Source: a virus | Lineage: Duplodnaviria > Caudoviricetes | Reading direction: 5' to 3' (one strand) | Length of the DNA: 59,313 nt | IMG/VR virus record: IMGVR_UViG_3300037327_000208 | Span: 1 to 59,313 of that record | Notes under the pieces: generated by a model | Database searches by the model: none | Told to the model about the DNA's origin: nothing | The model's input: the letters and a program-made list of their open reading frames with translations, nothing else | Shown: positions 1 through 9,290 of the stretch, piece by piece | Position numbering within the stretch: position 1 is the stretch's first letter | How the letters are laid out: each line of letters starts with the position of its first letter | Position numbers and translations under genes: made by a program

Positions 1-234
1 TCAAGTGGTCAATGAGCGAACATGTTGTTCAATAAACGCCCGATATTTTATTTCTAAATTATGTGCGGAATGACAGATTAATTGTGGCTCTTCCTTTATA
101 TGTTCATCCTGAGTACCTATTTTTCTTTGTCGGGCAAAAGAAAGCTTTATTTGGTCAGCAAGGTCACAACATTTTTTATGTTTTTTGCCACTGCCGCAAG
201 GGCATGTTTCGTTTCTTCCAATTTTCATATTCAT
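1..234 (-). CDS. SEC-C motif (zinc-binding) protein, short and possibly truncated
   Basis: N-terminal [20 protein letters not shown] is the SEC-C motif. Confidence 0.7.
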   Translation of the reverse strand: MNMKIGRNETCPCGSGKKHKKCCDLADQIKLSFARQRKIGTQDEHIKEEPQLICHSAHNLEIKYRAFIEQHVRSLTT

Positions 235-260
235 CCTAATTTTTAAGTTTTAAATTGTAC

Positions 261-286
261 CGTACAGTTATTTACACAAGTCCAAG
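261..286 (-). other. Putative P2-family rolling-circle origin (nick region)
   Basis: Minus strand CTTGGACTTGTGTAAATAACTGTACG resembles the P2/186/HP1 ori (CTCGGAGT.CTGTCAATAACTGT, from memory); lies at the 3' end of the initiator gene. Confidence 0.65.
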
Positions 287-1729
287 AAAACCACCTGATG
301 AAGGTTGCTCATTCGCGTCGTCCCGCGCGAGTGAGCAACCTTCATCAGGTGGTGACGGTTTTAAGATCCAGAGTTTGCGTTTGATAGGGACGAAATTATT
401 TCCAACTTTGAACCCTGTAATTTTGGGAGGTAAGGATTCTCCATAACGACCTGTGCGGAAGACTAGTTCACCAGTTTCATAATCTATGTCGCTTTCAGGT
501 AGGTCATACTCAAGGTGAATAGGGCGCTCTAGGCGAGTTTTATTGATACCACCCATGAGCAGGACGTAAGCAGCCCAATCGGATGCATCGGCGACTTTAC
601 GACAAGCTTCTAGTTCTTGATTATCTTGTGCTTCTGCTCGACGAAGTTGACGCCATAGCGTGACACTTGGCCCTCCGATAAACTGAAACTGACGAATACC
701 ATTTAGGTTTGCCCAGGCTGTTATCCGCTGGGCTGATGATTTAGCTTCATTACCGTATGAGTCAGTTTTGATAAACTCACCGTCAATATTTTTAGCGACA
801 TACTTAGCTATATATCCAGCCGCATCACCTTTAGTTGGATCAATAGGCACACACTTATATCGGTGCTTTTCAGCACCTGCCTCTTCGCCATTTTCCAGCA
901 TTGCATAGTGTTGAATAATCTCTCTAGATTGCCCTCGGTGTTCTGGGGACGTAAATAGCAATAAATGCCAATGTGGTGTTGCATCATGATGAGGCTCACT
1001 AACACGTATGCCGTATATTTTTATTTGTTCCCTTTCTAGCTTTGCACGAATACGAGCCCATACATTGCAGAGGTAGTCGTTTGCTTGTTTTGAGGTTGTG
1101 TTGTCGTATTTAGAATTTTTAATTCCAGTGGTGCTGTGTGAGTGCATTTTTGAAGGTGTAGTGATGGTATAAAAATCACCTAAATCACCATTGAATTTTG
1201 CTACTTCTTCAAAGCCTCTTATACGAGTCATCATTTCACATCTACGAATTGTTGGATTGGACACATTGGTCTTTGCGACTTCAGCAAGGGAAAATGTTTG
1301 GCCGTCTTCGTTTTCAGTAAATGTGTTTTCGAGATACTCCTGAGATTGTTCTTTATGCCAAATCCAATTGTCGCGTGCAGCGTCACTGCAATAGATACCT
1401 TTGGATTTGTTAATAATGCCAGTCATACGTCTGACTTGCTCTATCGCTCTGGTTGAAGCTATACGTATACGCTTAAGCCAATAGTCTTCGCAGCAAAGTT
1501 TATTGAGGTTTACATTAATGTCTGTTGTTTTTGGTGGGCCGAGTCTGTAGCGATACATTAGCTGATTAGCCAGCTTATGGGCTAGTCGCTCAGGAAATGT
1601 GCGTCTAAATCGAGCATATATTTTCGATTTCTCCTCTGTAAAGAGATCATGGTTTTGACTATCTACTAGATTGAGGTCGTTAATTTGTGTGTGTTTTTCT
1701 ATATCTAGTAAGAACAAATTAGCTTGCAC
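272..1729 (-). CDS. Rolling-circle replication endonuclease, P2 gpA family (HUH, two tyrosines)
   Basis: SNPTIRRCEMMTRIRGFE, FYTITTPSKMH, EPHHDATPHWHLL (HUH), GYIAKYVAKNIDG (YxxKY), GIRQFQFIGGP motifs. Confidence 0.9.
   Translation of the reverse strand: MQANLFLLDIEKHTQINDLNLVDSQNHDLFTEEKSKIYARFRRTFPERLAHKLANQLMYRYRLGPPKTTDINVNLNKLCCEDYWLKRIRIASTRAIEQVRRMTGIINKSKGIYCSDAARDNWIWHKEQSQEYLENTFTENEDGQTFSLAEVAKTNVSNPTIRRCEMMTRIRGFEEVAKFNGDLGDFYTITTPSKMHSHSTTGIKNSKYDNTTSKQANDYLCNVWARIRAKLEREQIKIYGIRVSEPHHDATPHWHLLLFTSPEHRGQSREIIQHYAMLENGEEAGAEKHRYKCVPIDPTKGDAAGYIAKYVAKNIDGEFIKTDSYGNEAKSSAQRITAWANLNGIRQFQFIGGPSVTLWRQLRRAEAQDNQELEACRKVADASDWAAYVLLMGGINKTRLERPIHLEYDLPESDIDYETGELVFRTGRYGESLPPKITGFKVGNNFVPIKRKLWILKPSPPDEGCSLARDDANEQPSSGGFLGLV
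290..353. repeat. Long inverted repeat: 22-bp perfect arms, extendable to about 28 bp
   Basis: ACCACCTGATGAAGGTTGCTCA (290..311) pairs with TGAGCAACCTTCATCAGGTGGT (332..353). Confidence 0.95.
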
Positions 1730-1982
1730 ATAATCTGTTCGATTATTTATTCTTACGTATTCGTGAGCAACTTCATTACATACAGGTAAGTGGTTATCGA
1801 AGAATTTGGCGCGGAATTTATGACATTCTTTTGTACCAATGCCTTGAGTAATTCTGTCGGAATAGGTGACAGTCTCGCGACATTCATTGCCATATTTAAG
1901 ACATTCCGAGGACTTATTAGGACTTTTATAGACCCATAGATGTGAAAGTGGATTGTGGCTGAAAGCCTTGGTAGGAAGGGGG

Positions 1983-2014
1983 TTTAACGGTCTAGACTGG
2001 TCTAGACCGTTAAA
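1983..2014. repeat. 15-bp perfect inverted repeat next to the att copy (terminator-like or att-arm hairpin)
   Basis: TTTAACGGTCTAGAC-tg-GTCTAGACCGTTAAA. Confidence 0.85.
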
Positions 2015-2017
2015 AGT

Positions 2018-2036
2018 TTTGGTGGAGCTGGCGGGA
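2018..2036. repeat. att core (ssrA 3'-end copy), left boundary of the satellite island
   Basis: TTTGGTGGAGCTGGCGGGA identical to 18500..18518; 17 bp match 57563..57579. Confidence 0.93.
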
Positions 2037-2093
2037 ACTTAACTAAATACTTATAGCACTGAAATTTATATATAAAGTATTTAAAAATAAAAT

Positions 2094-2116
2094 TTGTCCC
2101 ACTACTTGTCCCACTA
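2094..2116. repeat. Integrase arm-type binding repeats
   Basis: TTGTCCCACTA twice at 12-bp period; same motif at 18342..18392. Confidence 0.8.
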
Positions 2117-2458
2117 AAATAAAAAGTCATTAGGTTTACACTGCGTTTATAAATCTTCAGTTAACATCTTCATAAAAGTGGCGCAAAACTTATTTAACTT
2201 TGTTCTGACCTTAATACTTATTCTATTGTTACCTTCAAAATGCAATTGAGAATGGGCTGCGAGTCTTGCTAGACGATGGGCAGCTATTTTTCAACGAATT
2301 TGGTTAAAGAAACCGACGTTTCGGATTGTTATAGCCTTTGCAGCATTCACTCGCTAAGATAACTTATTGGAAAATTCATTTGTAAAAGATAACATGCAGT
2401 TAGTGCTTAGATTTCTTAGGTTCAAATGGAACTGAAGTTAGAAAAAAGGAACTGGATC

Positions 2459-4897
2459 TTGCCGCTAATTAATAAAAAAGCATTAAGCGAAACAGACATT
2501 ATCACCAAATACATCATGCCAGCGATACAGAGTGCTGGTTGGGATGTGATGAAACAAATTCGCCAAGAAGTTAAACTACGTGACGGTAAGGTTATTGTAC
2601 GTGGCCCTGTAGGCATGCGTACAACGGTTAAGTCGGCTGACATTGTGCTTTACCATAAACCTAATATGCCCTTGGCCGTTATTGAAGCTAAGGCTAATAA
2701 ACACGAAATAGGCAAGGGCATGCAGCAAGGGCTAGATTATGCTCGCTTGCTTGAAGTGCCATTTATCTTTGCATCTAATGGAGACGGTTTTATTTTCCAT
2801 GACAAAACCAATCCTGCTCAACTTGAATCACACATCCAACTATCTGATTTTCCGACGCCAGTACAGCTATGGCAAAAATACTGTGCTTATCGTGGTTTTA
2901 AAGACGCACAACTACCACTAATTACCCAAGACTATCATGATGATGGCAGCGGCAAAGCGCCACGTTACTATCAATTACAAGCAGTAAACAAAACCATCGA
3001 AGCTGTATCTCAAGGCAAAAACCGTATGTTGTTGGTTATGGCGACCGGTACTGGTAAAACCTATACCGCCTTTCAAATTATTTGGCGTCTATGGAAGGCA
3101 CGCCAGAAAAAGCGCATTTTGTTTTTAGCTGATAGAAATATATTAGTGGACCAAACCCGCATTAACGACTTTCAACCTTTTGGTCAAGCAATGACTAAAG
3201 TAAAAGGCCGCAAAGTTGATCCCGCTTATGAAATTCACTTGGCATTGTACCAAGCATTAACAGGTCCAGAAGAAAGCCAAAAAGCGTTTAAACAAGTCGA
3301 TAAAGACTTCTTTGACTTAATCATTATTGACGAGTGCCATCGAGGCAGTGCCGCAGACGATAGCGCCTGGCGTGAGATACTTGAATACTTTAGCTCAGCT
3401 ACGCAAATAGGGCTAACCGCCACGCCTAAAGAAACGGAAGAAGTATCAAACATAGATTACTTCGGCGAACCGACTTATACCTATTCATTAAAAGAAGGTA
3501 TCGAAGACGGTTTCTTAGCACCTTACAAAGTGGTACGTGTAGATCTTGATATTGATGCCCAAGGTTGGCGACCAGAAAACGGTCAAGTAGACGATAACGG
3601 CGAACTCATTGAAGACCGTATCTACAATATAAAGGACTTTGACCGCACCATAGTCATTAACAACCGCACAGAACTAGTTGCACAAACCATTACCAGCTAT
3701 TTGCAACGTACCGACCCAATGGCTAAAACCATCGTCTTTTGTAATGACATTGACCATGCAGACCGTATGCGCCGTGCGTTAGTAAACCTAAACCCAGAAC
3801 AAGTCGCTAAAAACGAAAAGTACGTGATGAAAATCACCGGCGATGATGAAATAGGCAAAGCCCAGTTAGACAACTTTATCAATCCCAAAAAAGCCTATCC
3901 GGTTATTGCGACAACTTCAGAGTTAATGTCTACAGGAGTAGATGCTAAAACCTGTAAATTAGTCGTGCTTGATCAAAACATACAGTCGATGACCAAGTTT
4001 AAACAAATCATCGGTCGTGGTACTCGCATCGATGAAAAGTTTGGCAAACTATGGTTTACCATTCTTGATTTCAAAAAGGCGACTGAACTGTTTGCAGACG
4101 AACGTTTTGACGGTGTGCCTGAAAAAATCATGGTCACAAAACCAGATGACATTATCGAAGATGAAGACGGTAGTTTTATTGACGAGTTAACGGGCATCGA
4201 TATTGATAACGATGCCGATACACCTGACGGTATTACTGAACCTGAAGAAGGTTACGATACCGGCACTGGCGAAGGCTTAGGTGAAATTGATTGTGACTGG
4301 GGAGACGATGAAGAAGAAAAACGCTTTATTAAATTCAGAGTTTCCGGTGTCAATGTTAAAAAAATGGCAGAGCGTGTTCAATATTACGATAGTGATGGAA
4401 AACTTGTTACCGAATCATTTAAAGACTACACCCGCAAAACCATTCAAAAGCAGTTTACCTCGCTTGATGACTTTACACGAAAGTGGAACGCCGCCGAGCG
4501 TAAACAAACCATTATTGATGAACTAGCCAACCAAGGTGTTATTTGGCAAGCACTAGAAGAAGACATAAGCAAAGACATCGACCCGTTCGACCTTATTTGT
4601 CATGTGGCCTTCGACCAACCACCATTAACGCGACAAGAGCGTGTTAAGAACGTTAAAAAACGTAACTACTTTACTAAGTACTCAGAAAAGGCACAAACAG
4701 TACTAAACGCTTTGCTCGATAAATATGCCGATGCAGGTGTAACAGAAATTGAAAGTATTCATGTGCTTAAAGTCCAACCGTTTAATCAAATGGGCAAGCC
4801 AATGGAGATAGCAAAGCAAGCCTTTGGTAACAGAAGTGGATATGATCAAGCCATTACCGACTTAGAAACCGAGTTGTATTCTAACAAGGTGGGTTAA
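2459..4897 (+). CDS. hsdR: Type I restriction enzyme R subunit, EcoAI/EcoEI (type IB) family
   Basis: IEAK nuclease motif, [24 protein letters not shown]; TTG start at 2459 has an AAGGA RBS (ORF open from 2426). Confidence 0.95.
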   Translation: MPLINKKALSETDIITKYIMPAIQSAGWDVMKQIRQEVKLRDGKVIVRGPVGMRTTVKSADIVLYHKPNMPLAVIEAKANKHEIGKGMQQGLDYARLLEVPFIFASNGDGFIFHDKTNPAQLESHIQLSDFPTPVQLWQKYCAYRGFKDAQLPLITQDYHDDGSGKAPRYYQLQAVNKTIEAVSQGKNRMLLVMATGTGKTYTAFQIIWRLWKARQKKRILFLADRNILVDQTRINDFQPFGQAMTKVKGRKVDPAYEIHLALYQALTGPEESQKAFKQVDKDFFDLIIIDECHRGSAADDSAWREILEYFSSATQIGLTATPKETEEVSNIDYFGEPTYTYSLKEGIEDGFLAPYKVVRVDLDIDAQGWRPENGQVDDNGELIEDRIYNIKDFDRTIVINNRTELVAQTITSYLQRTDPMAKTIVFCNDIDHADRMRRALVNLNPEQVAKNEKYVMKITGDDEIGKAQLDNFINPKKAYPVIATTSELMSTGVDAKTCKLVVLDQNIQSMTKFKQIIGRGTRIDEKFGKLWFTILDFKKATELFADERFDGVPEKIMVTKPDDIIEDEDGSFIDELTGIDIDNDADTPDGITEPEEGYDTGTGEGLGEIDCDWGDDEEEKRFIKFRVSGVNVKKMAERVQYYDSDGKLVTESFKDYTRKTIQKQFTSLDDFTRKWNAAERKQTIIDELANQGVIWQALEEDISKDIDPFDLICHVAFDQPPLTRQERVKNVKKRNYFTKYSEKAQTVLNALLDKYADAGVTEIESIHVLKVQPFNQMGKPMEIAKQAFGNRSGYDQAITDLETELYSNKVG

Positions 4898-5364
4898 TGA
4901 CACCATCACAAGCTAGAAATGCCATTAAACGCAGCTTAAAAGTGTTAATCGATCCCAAAATATCCAAAGCGGATAAAACCACTATATGGCAATATTTTGA
5001 AAACAGCTGTGCTTATTGTGGCTTTGGGTTAAACCCTAATGAGCATAAAGCACATATTGACCATGTTATACCTGAATCAGAGGGAGGCAGTAACCGCCTT
5101 TGTAATCTTATTCTATCGTGCTCAACATGTAATGGTGATGAAAAGCGTGACATGCCTTGGCAAGACTTCTTAGCCACTAAATATGATGTTAAATCTAAAA
5201 AATATAAACAACGATACGACAAAATAACGGCATGGTTCGAGCTACAACAAGGCTCACCAACAATAACAAACGAACAACAAGCACAGTTAAAAAGTGCTTT
5301 TGATGAAATAAATGCTAGCTACTCAAAAGTAGTGGAGCAAATTAAACAAACAAATTCAAAATAG
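4897..5364 (+). CDS. HNH endonuclease (McrA-like) inserted in the hsd operon
   Basis: CAYCG...HIDHVIP..EGG.N...NLILSCSTCNGDEK; TAATG overlap with hsdR. Confidence 0.9.
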   Translation: MTPSQARNAIKRSLKVLIDPKISKADKTTIWQYFENSCAYCGFGLNPNEHKAHIDHVIPESEGGSNRLCNLILSCSTCNGDEKRDMPWQDFLATKYDVKSKKYKQRYDKITAWFELQQGSPTITNEQQAQLKSAFDEINASYSKVVEQIKQTNSK

Positions 5365-5372
5365 AGAAGTCG

Positions 5373-6839
5373 ATGTCAGTCAGTTCAGTGATCAAATCAA
5401 TCCAAGATATTATGCGTAAAGATGCCGGTGTAGACGGTGATGCTCAAAGACTAGGGCAAATGTCTTGGTTACTTTTCCTAAAAATATTTGATGCACAAGA
5501 AGAAGCCTTAGAGTTTGAACAAACCAACTACCAATGCCCATTACCTGAGCAATACTTATGGCGCAACTGGGCTGCTGATAACGAAGGTATAACAGGTGAC
5601 GAATTACTTGAGTTCGTTAACGACCAGTTATTTACCGACCTTAAAAACCTAACGGCACCCATTAATTTAAACCCACGTGGTTATGTAGTACGCGAAGCCT
5701 TTAGTGATGCCTTTAACTACATGAAAAACGGCACGCTCCTGCGCCAAGTCATTAACAAGCTCAACGAAATTGACTTTACCGACTCAGAAGAGCGCCACTT
5801 GTTTGGTGATTTATACGAGCAAATACTAAAAGACTTACAAAGCGCAGGCAACGCTGGCGAATTTTATACGCCGCGTGCCGTTACTCGTTTTATGGTTAAC
5901 CGTATTGACCCTAAATTGGGCGAAAGTATTATGGACCCTGCCTGTGGTACAGGGGGCTTTTTAGCGTGTTCATTCGACCATGTAAAAGACAATTACGTGA
6001 AAACAGCGGCAGACCACCAAACCCTACAAAAGCAAATTCACGGTGTTGAGAAAAAACAATTACCGCATTTGTTATGTACCACTAATATGTTGTTGCATGG
6101 CATTGAAGTACCCGTACAAGTTAAGCACGGAAATACCTTAAACAAACCCCTTTCAAGTTGGGATGACGAGTTAGACGTTATTATCACCAACCCTCCATTT
6201 GGTGGCACAGAAGAAGACGGTATTGAAAAGAATTTCCCAACCGAATATCGCACCCGTGAAACGGCTGATTTGTTCTTACAACTTATTATTGAAATACTTA
6301 AAAAAGACGGCCGTGCGGCAGTCGTATTACCTGACGGCACATTATTTGGTGAGGGTGTTAAAACCAAAATCAAAAAGCTATTAACCGAAGAATGTAACTT
6401 ACACACTATTGTGCGTTTACCTAATGGTGTATTTGCACCGTATACCAGTATTAAAACTAACATACTGTTTTTCACTAAGGGCAAACCAACCGAAAAAGTA
6501 TGGTACTACGAGCATCCGTACCCAGCGGGCGTTAAAAGCTACAACAAAACCAAACCAATGAAGTTTGAAGAGTTTCAAACAGAAATCGACTGGTGGGGCA
6601 ATGAAGGTGACGGCTTTGCTTCACGAGTAGAGAACGAACAAGCATGGCAAGTAAGCATTGACGATATTATTGGGCGTAACTTTAATCTTGATATTAAAAA
6701 TCCGCATGTAGGTGAGATCATCAGTCATGATCCGCAAGAACTATTAACTGATTACGCTAAACAGCAAAACGATATTCAAGTATTACGTGATCAACTTAAA
6801 GGTATTTTGTCTGCTGCACTTGTTAGTGATGGTAAATAA
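5373..6839 (+). CDS. hsdM: Type I R-M N6-adenine methyltransferase M subunit
   Basis: GEFYTPR, DPACGTGGFL, NPPFGG motifs. Confidence 0.97.
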   Translation: MSVSSVIKSIQDIMRKDAGVDGDAQRLGQMSWLLFLKIFDAQEEALEFEQTNYQCPLPEQYLWRNWAADNEGITGDELLEFVNDQLFTDLKNLTAPINLNPRGYVVREAFSDAFNYMKNGTLLRQVINKLNEIDFTDSEERHLFGDLYEQILKDLQSAGNAGEFYTPRAVTRFMVNRIDPKLGESIMDPACGTGGFLACSFDHVKDNYVKTAADHQTLQKQIHGVEKKQLPHLLCTTNMLLHGIEVPVQVKHGNTLNKPLSSWDDELDVIITNPPFGGTEEDGIEKNFPTEYRTRETADLFLQLIIEILKKDGRAAVVLPDGTLFGEGVKTKIKKLLTEECNLHTIVRLPNGVFAPYTSIKTNILFFTKGKPTEKVWYYEHPYPAGVKSYNKTKPMKFEEFQTEIDWWGNEGDGFASRVENEQAWQVSIDDIIGRNFNLDIKNPHVGEIISHDPQELLTDYAKQQNDIQVLRDQLKGILSAALVSDGK

Positions 6840-6841
6840 TA

Positions 6842-8692
6842 ATGACAGATATAAATAACCTAATTACTGACAATATTGATGTTTGGACAAGTGCCATTAA
6901 AAAGCGGAACTCTCAAGGGCGTGGATCAAGTAAAAAGACTGAATTACCGGGTATCAAAAAGCTTCGTGAATTAATTTTAGAACTTGCTGTGCGTGGTAAG
7001 TTAGTACCACAAAACTCAGATGATGAACCGGCTAGTGTTTTGCTTGAAAAAATAATAGAAGAAAAAGCACAAGTTCTCACTGATAAAAAAATTAGAAAGC
7101 AAAAGCCATTGCCTGCTATTACTGATAAAGATAAACCATTTGAAGTACCTAAAAACTGGGAGTGGCTTAGATTAGGTAACGCAGGTGTTGGCTCAACAGG
7201 AAAAACCCCTAGTACAAGAAATGCGGAATACTTTGGTGGTAATATCCAATTCATTGGTCCGGGGAATATAACCCCCTTAGGTCAGTTACTTAAAGCAGAT
7301 AAATTTTTAACAGAGTTAGGTGTAGAACAAAGCTCTACCGCTTTAGCTGGTGACTTATTGATGGTCTGTATTGGAGGGTCAATCGGGAAAAACACTATTG
7401 CTGAAGAACGCATTGCTTTTAATCAACAAATAAATGTAATGCAACCAATTGAATTGTTATCTAAATTTTTGAAGCATACTGTTTCAACGCATACTTTTTA
7501 TATGTCCGTTTTAGAGGCATCTACAGGGTCAGCAACACCAATAATTAATAGAAGTAAATGGGAAGAGTTATTGATTCCTGTTGCACCACTAGCAGAACAA
7601 CACCGCATCGTCGCGAAAGTCGATGAATTGATGGCTTTGTGTGACGAGCTAGAGCAACAAACTGAGCAAAGTTTTAGCGCCCACCAAACCTTAGTTGAAG
7701 TATTGCTTGGCTCTTTATTTAACAACGCTGAAGGCTCTCTTACCGCTAGTGACAATACAGAAGCTTTGGCCGCCATGGATGGTGGAAATGAAGGAAATGA
7801 AGGAGCCTTCACTAATAAAGAAGGCTTCCAAACAAGTTGGCAACGTATCGCCAAACACTTCGATGTACTGTTCACCAACGAACACAGCATAGAACAACTA
7901 AAACAAACCATCTTACAGCTAGCCGTCATGGGCAAACTCGTCCCACAAGACCCAAGCGACGAACCCGCAAGCGTATTACTTGAAAAAATCGCCGAAGAAA
8001 AAGCCCAATTCATTACTAATAAAAGACAAAAACAAAAGCCACTTCCAGCAATAACTGATGAAGAAAAATCGTTTGATCTGCCTAATGGTTGGGAGTGGGG
8101 GAGAGTTGGTGACCTTCTCTCGTTGAAAAATGGTTACGCTTTTAAAAGTAAGCATTTTGTTGAAAATAAAAGTGAATACATTTTAGCAACTCCAGGAAAT
8201 TTTTATGAAGAAGGCGGCTTTCGACATCGAGGAGAAAAAACTAAATATTATGACGGCCCAATTTATTCAGAATTTGTATTTGAACCAGGTGATTTAATCA
8301 TACCAATGACCGAACAAGCCGCAGGCCTTTTAGGAAGCGCAGCATTTGTACCAAAAGACCAAAATAAATATTTGCATAACCAACGGTTAGGAAAATTATC
8401 ACCATATAGCAATTTTACTAATTTAGAGTTTATTTATTTATTTTTTAATAGCTCCTTTTTAAGAGAAGAATTAGCTAGAACGTGTACCGGCATGAAAGTT
8501 CGGCATACATCACCCGATCGGATTCTAACAGTACTAATTCCAGTAATGTCACCCAAAGAACAGGTAAGAATTGTCGCTAAAGTCTATGAACTAATGGCCT
8601 TGTGTGAGCAACTTAAAGCCCGTCTAGTTGATAGCCAAACTACTCAACTCCACCTTGCCGATGCCGTTGTAGAAGAAGCCTTAACTAGGTAG
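6842..8692 (+). CDS. hsdS: Type I R-M specificity subunit (type IB-like)
   Basis: Two LAVxGKLVPQ..DEPASVLLEKI conserved blocks, P.GWEW, P...EQ.RIVAKV.ELMALC flanking two TRDs. Confidence 0.95.
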   Translation: MTDINNLITDNIDVWTSAIKKRNSQGRGSSKKTELPGIKKLRELILELAVRGKLVPQNSDDEPASVLLEKIIEEKAQVLTDKKIRKQKPLPAITDKDKPFEVPKNWEWLRLGNAGVGSTGKTPSTRNAEYFGGNIQFIGPGNITPLGQLLKADKFLTELGVEQSSTALAGDLLMVCIGGSIGKNTIAEERIAFNQQINVMQPIELLSKFLKHTVSTHTFYMSVLEASTGSATPIINRSKWEELLIPVAPLAEQHRIVAKVDELMALCDELEQQTEQSFSAHQTLVEVLLGSLFNNAEGSLTASDNTEALAAMDGGNEGNEGAFTNKEGFQTSWQRIAKHFDVLFTNEHSIEQLKQTILQLAVMGKLVPQDPSDEPASVLLEKIAEEKAQFITNKRQKQKPLPAITDEEKSFDLPNGWEWGRVGDLLSLKNGYAFKSKHFVENKSEYILATPGNFYEEGGFRHRGEKTKYYDGPIYSEFVFEPGDLIIPMTEQAAGLLGSAAFVPKDQNKYLHNQRLGKLSPYSNFTNLEFIYLFFNSSFLREELARTCTGMKVRHTSPDRILTVLIPVMSPKEQVRIVAKVYELMALCEQLKARLVDSQTTQLHLADAVVEEALTR

Positions 8693-8696
8693 GTCG

Positions 8697-9080
8697 ATGT
8701 TAATATCTGAAGCTTTTGAAGCCTACGGTGCGACGTTGAATAACATCCAATGGTCTATTTCTGCTTTCAATGATCAAGGCGAATTAGTCGTGAGTCTATG
8801 GGAACATTATTTTGAAAGACGTGTTAAGGGATCTTTAACTTACGTAGATAAAGTTACTCGTTGGTCTGGTAATGGTAATGCTGCTTTTAGAAAACACTTA
8901 CCGTTAGCTTGTGAAGAAGGTCGATTAGTACGTGCCGTGATAGCTAAAAGTGCTAACCCTAATGTGATTGATGCCGGCGGCGCAGGGGCAAATTTAGGTA
9001 ATGCTTTTTCAATCAAAAAAGACTGGGTTGGCAAAGTTATACGTTGGGATGGTGATAACTTTGAGATAGAGTTCAAGTAA
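8697..9080 (+). CDS. Hypothetical protein coupled to hsdS (possible nucleic-acid reader domain)
   Basis: 127-aa ORF 4 bp after hsdS with AGGT RBS; aromatic-rich GATLNNIQWSISA...SLW motif. Confidence 0.75.
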   Translation: MLISEAFEAYGATLNNIQWSISAFNDQGELVVSLWEHYFERRVKGSLTYVDKVTRWSGNGNAAFRKHLPLACEEGRLVRAVIAKSANPNVIDAGGAGANLGNAFSIKKDWVGKVIRWDGDNFEIEFK

Positions 9081-9290
9081 TTTAATCACATAAGGAATAA
9101 GTAATGACAGTTTACGAACAGCATAAAGTTTGCCTCAACGAAACTCAAACTATAGAACCTCCTTTAACCAATGAAATGTCAGAGCAGAGTTTATGAAAGC
9201 AAAAGTCTTCCGACCTGGCATCGATAAGCTGTCCGAAATGACGGCAACGCTACACCCACTAGTTACTACTATCCTGAATATAACCCTGAT

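Larger units (their letters stand above)
1..2036. mobile_element. Right end of a third integrated element (rolling-circle replicon), continuing beyond the window
   Basis: Bounded by an ssrA 3'-end copy at 2020..2036; carries gpA-like initiator and ori-like site; no integrase within the window. Confidence 0.6.
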
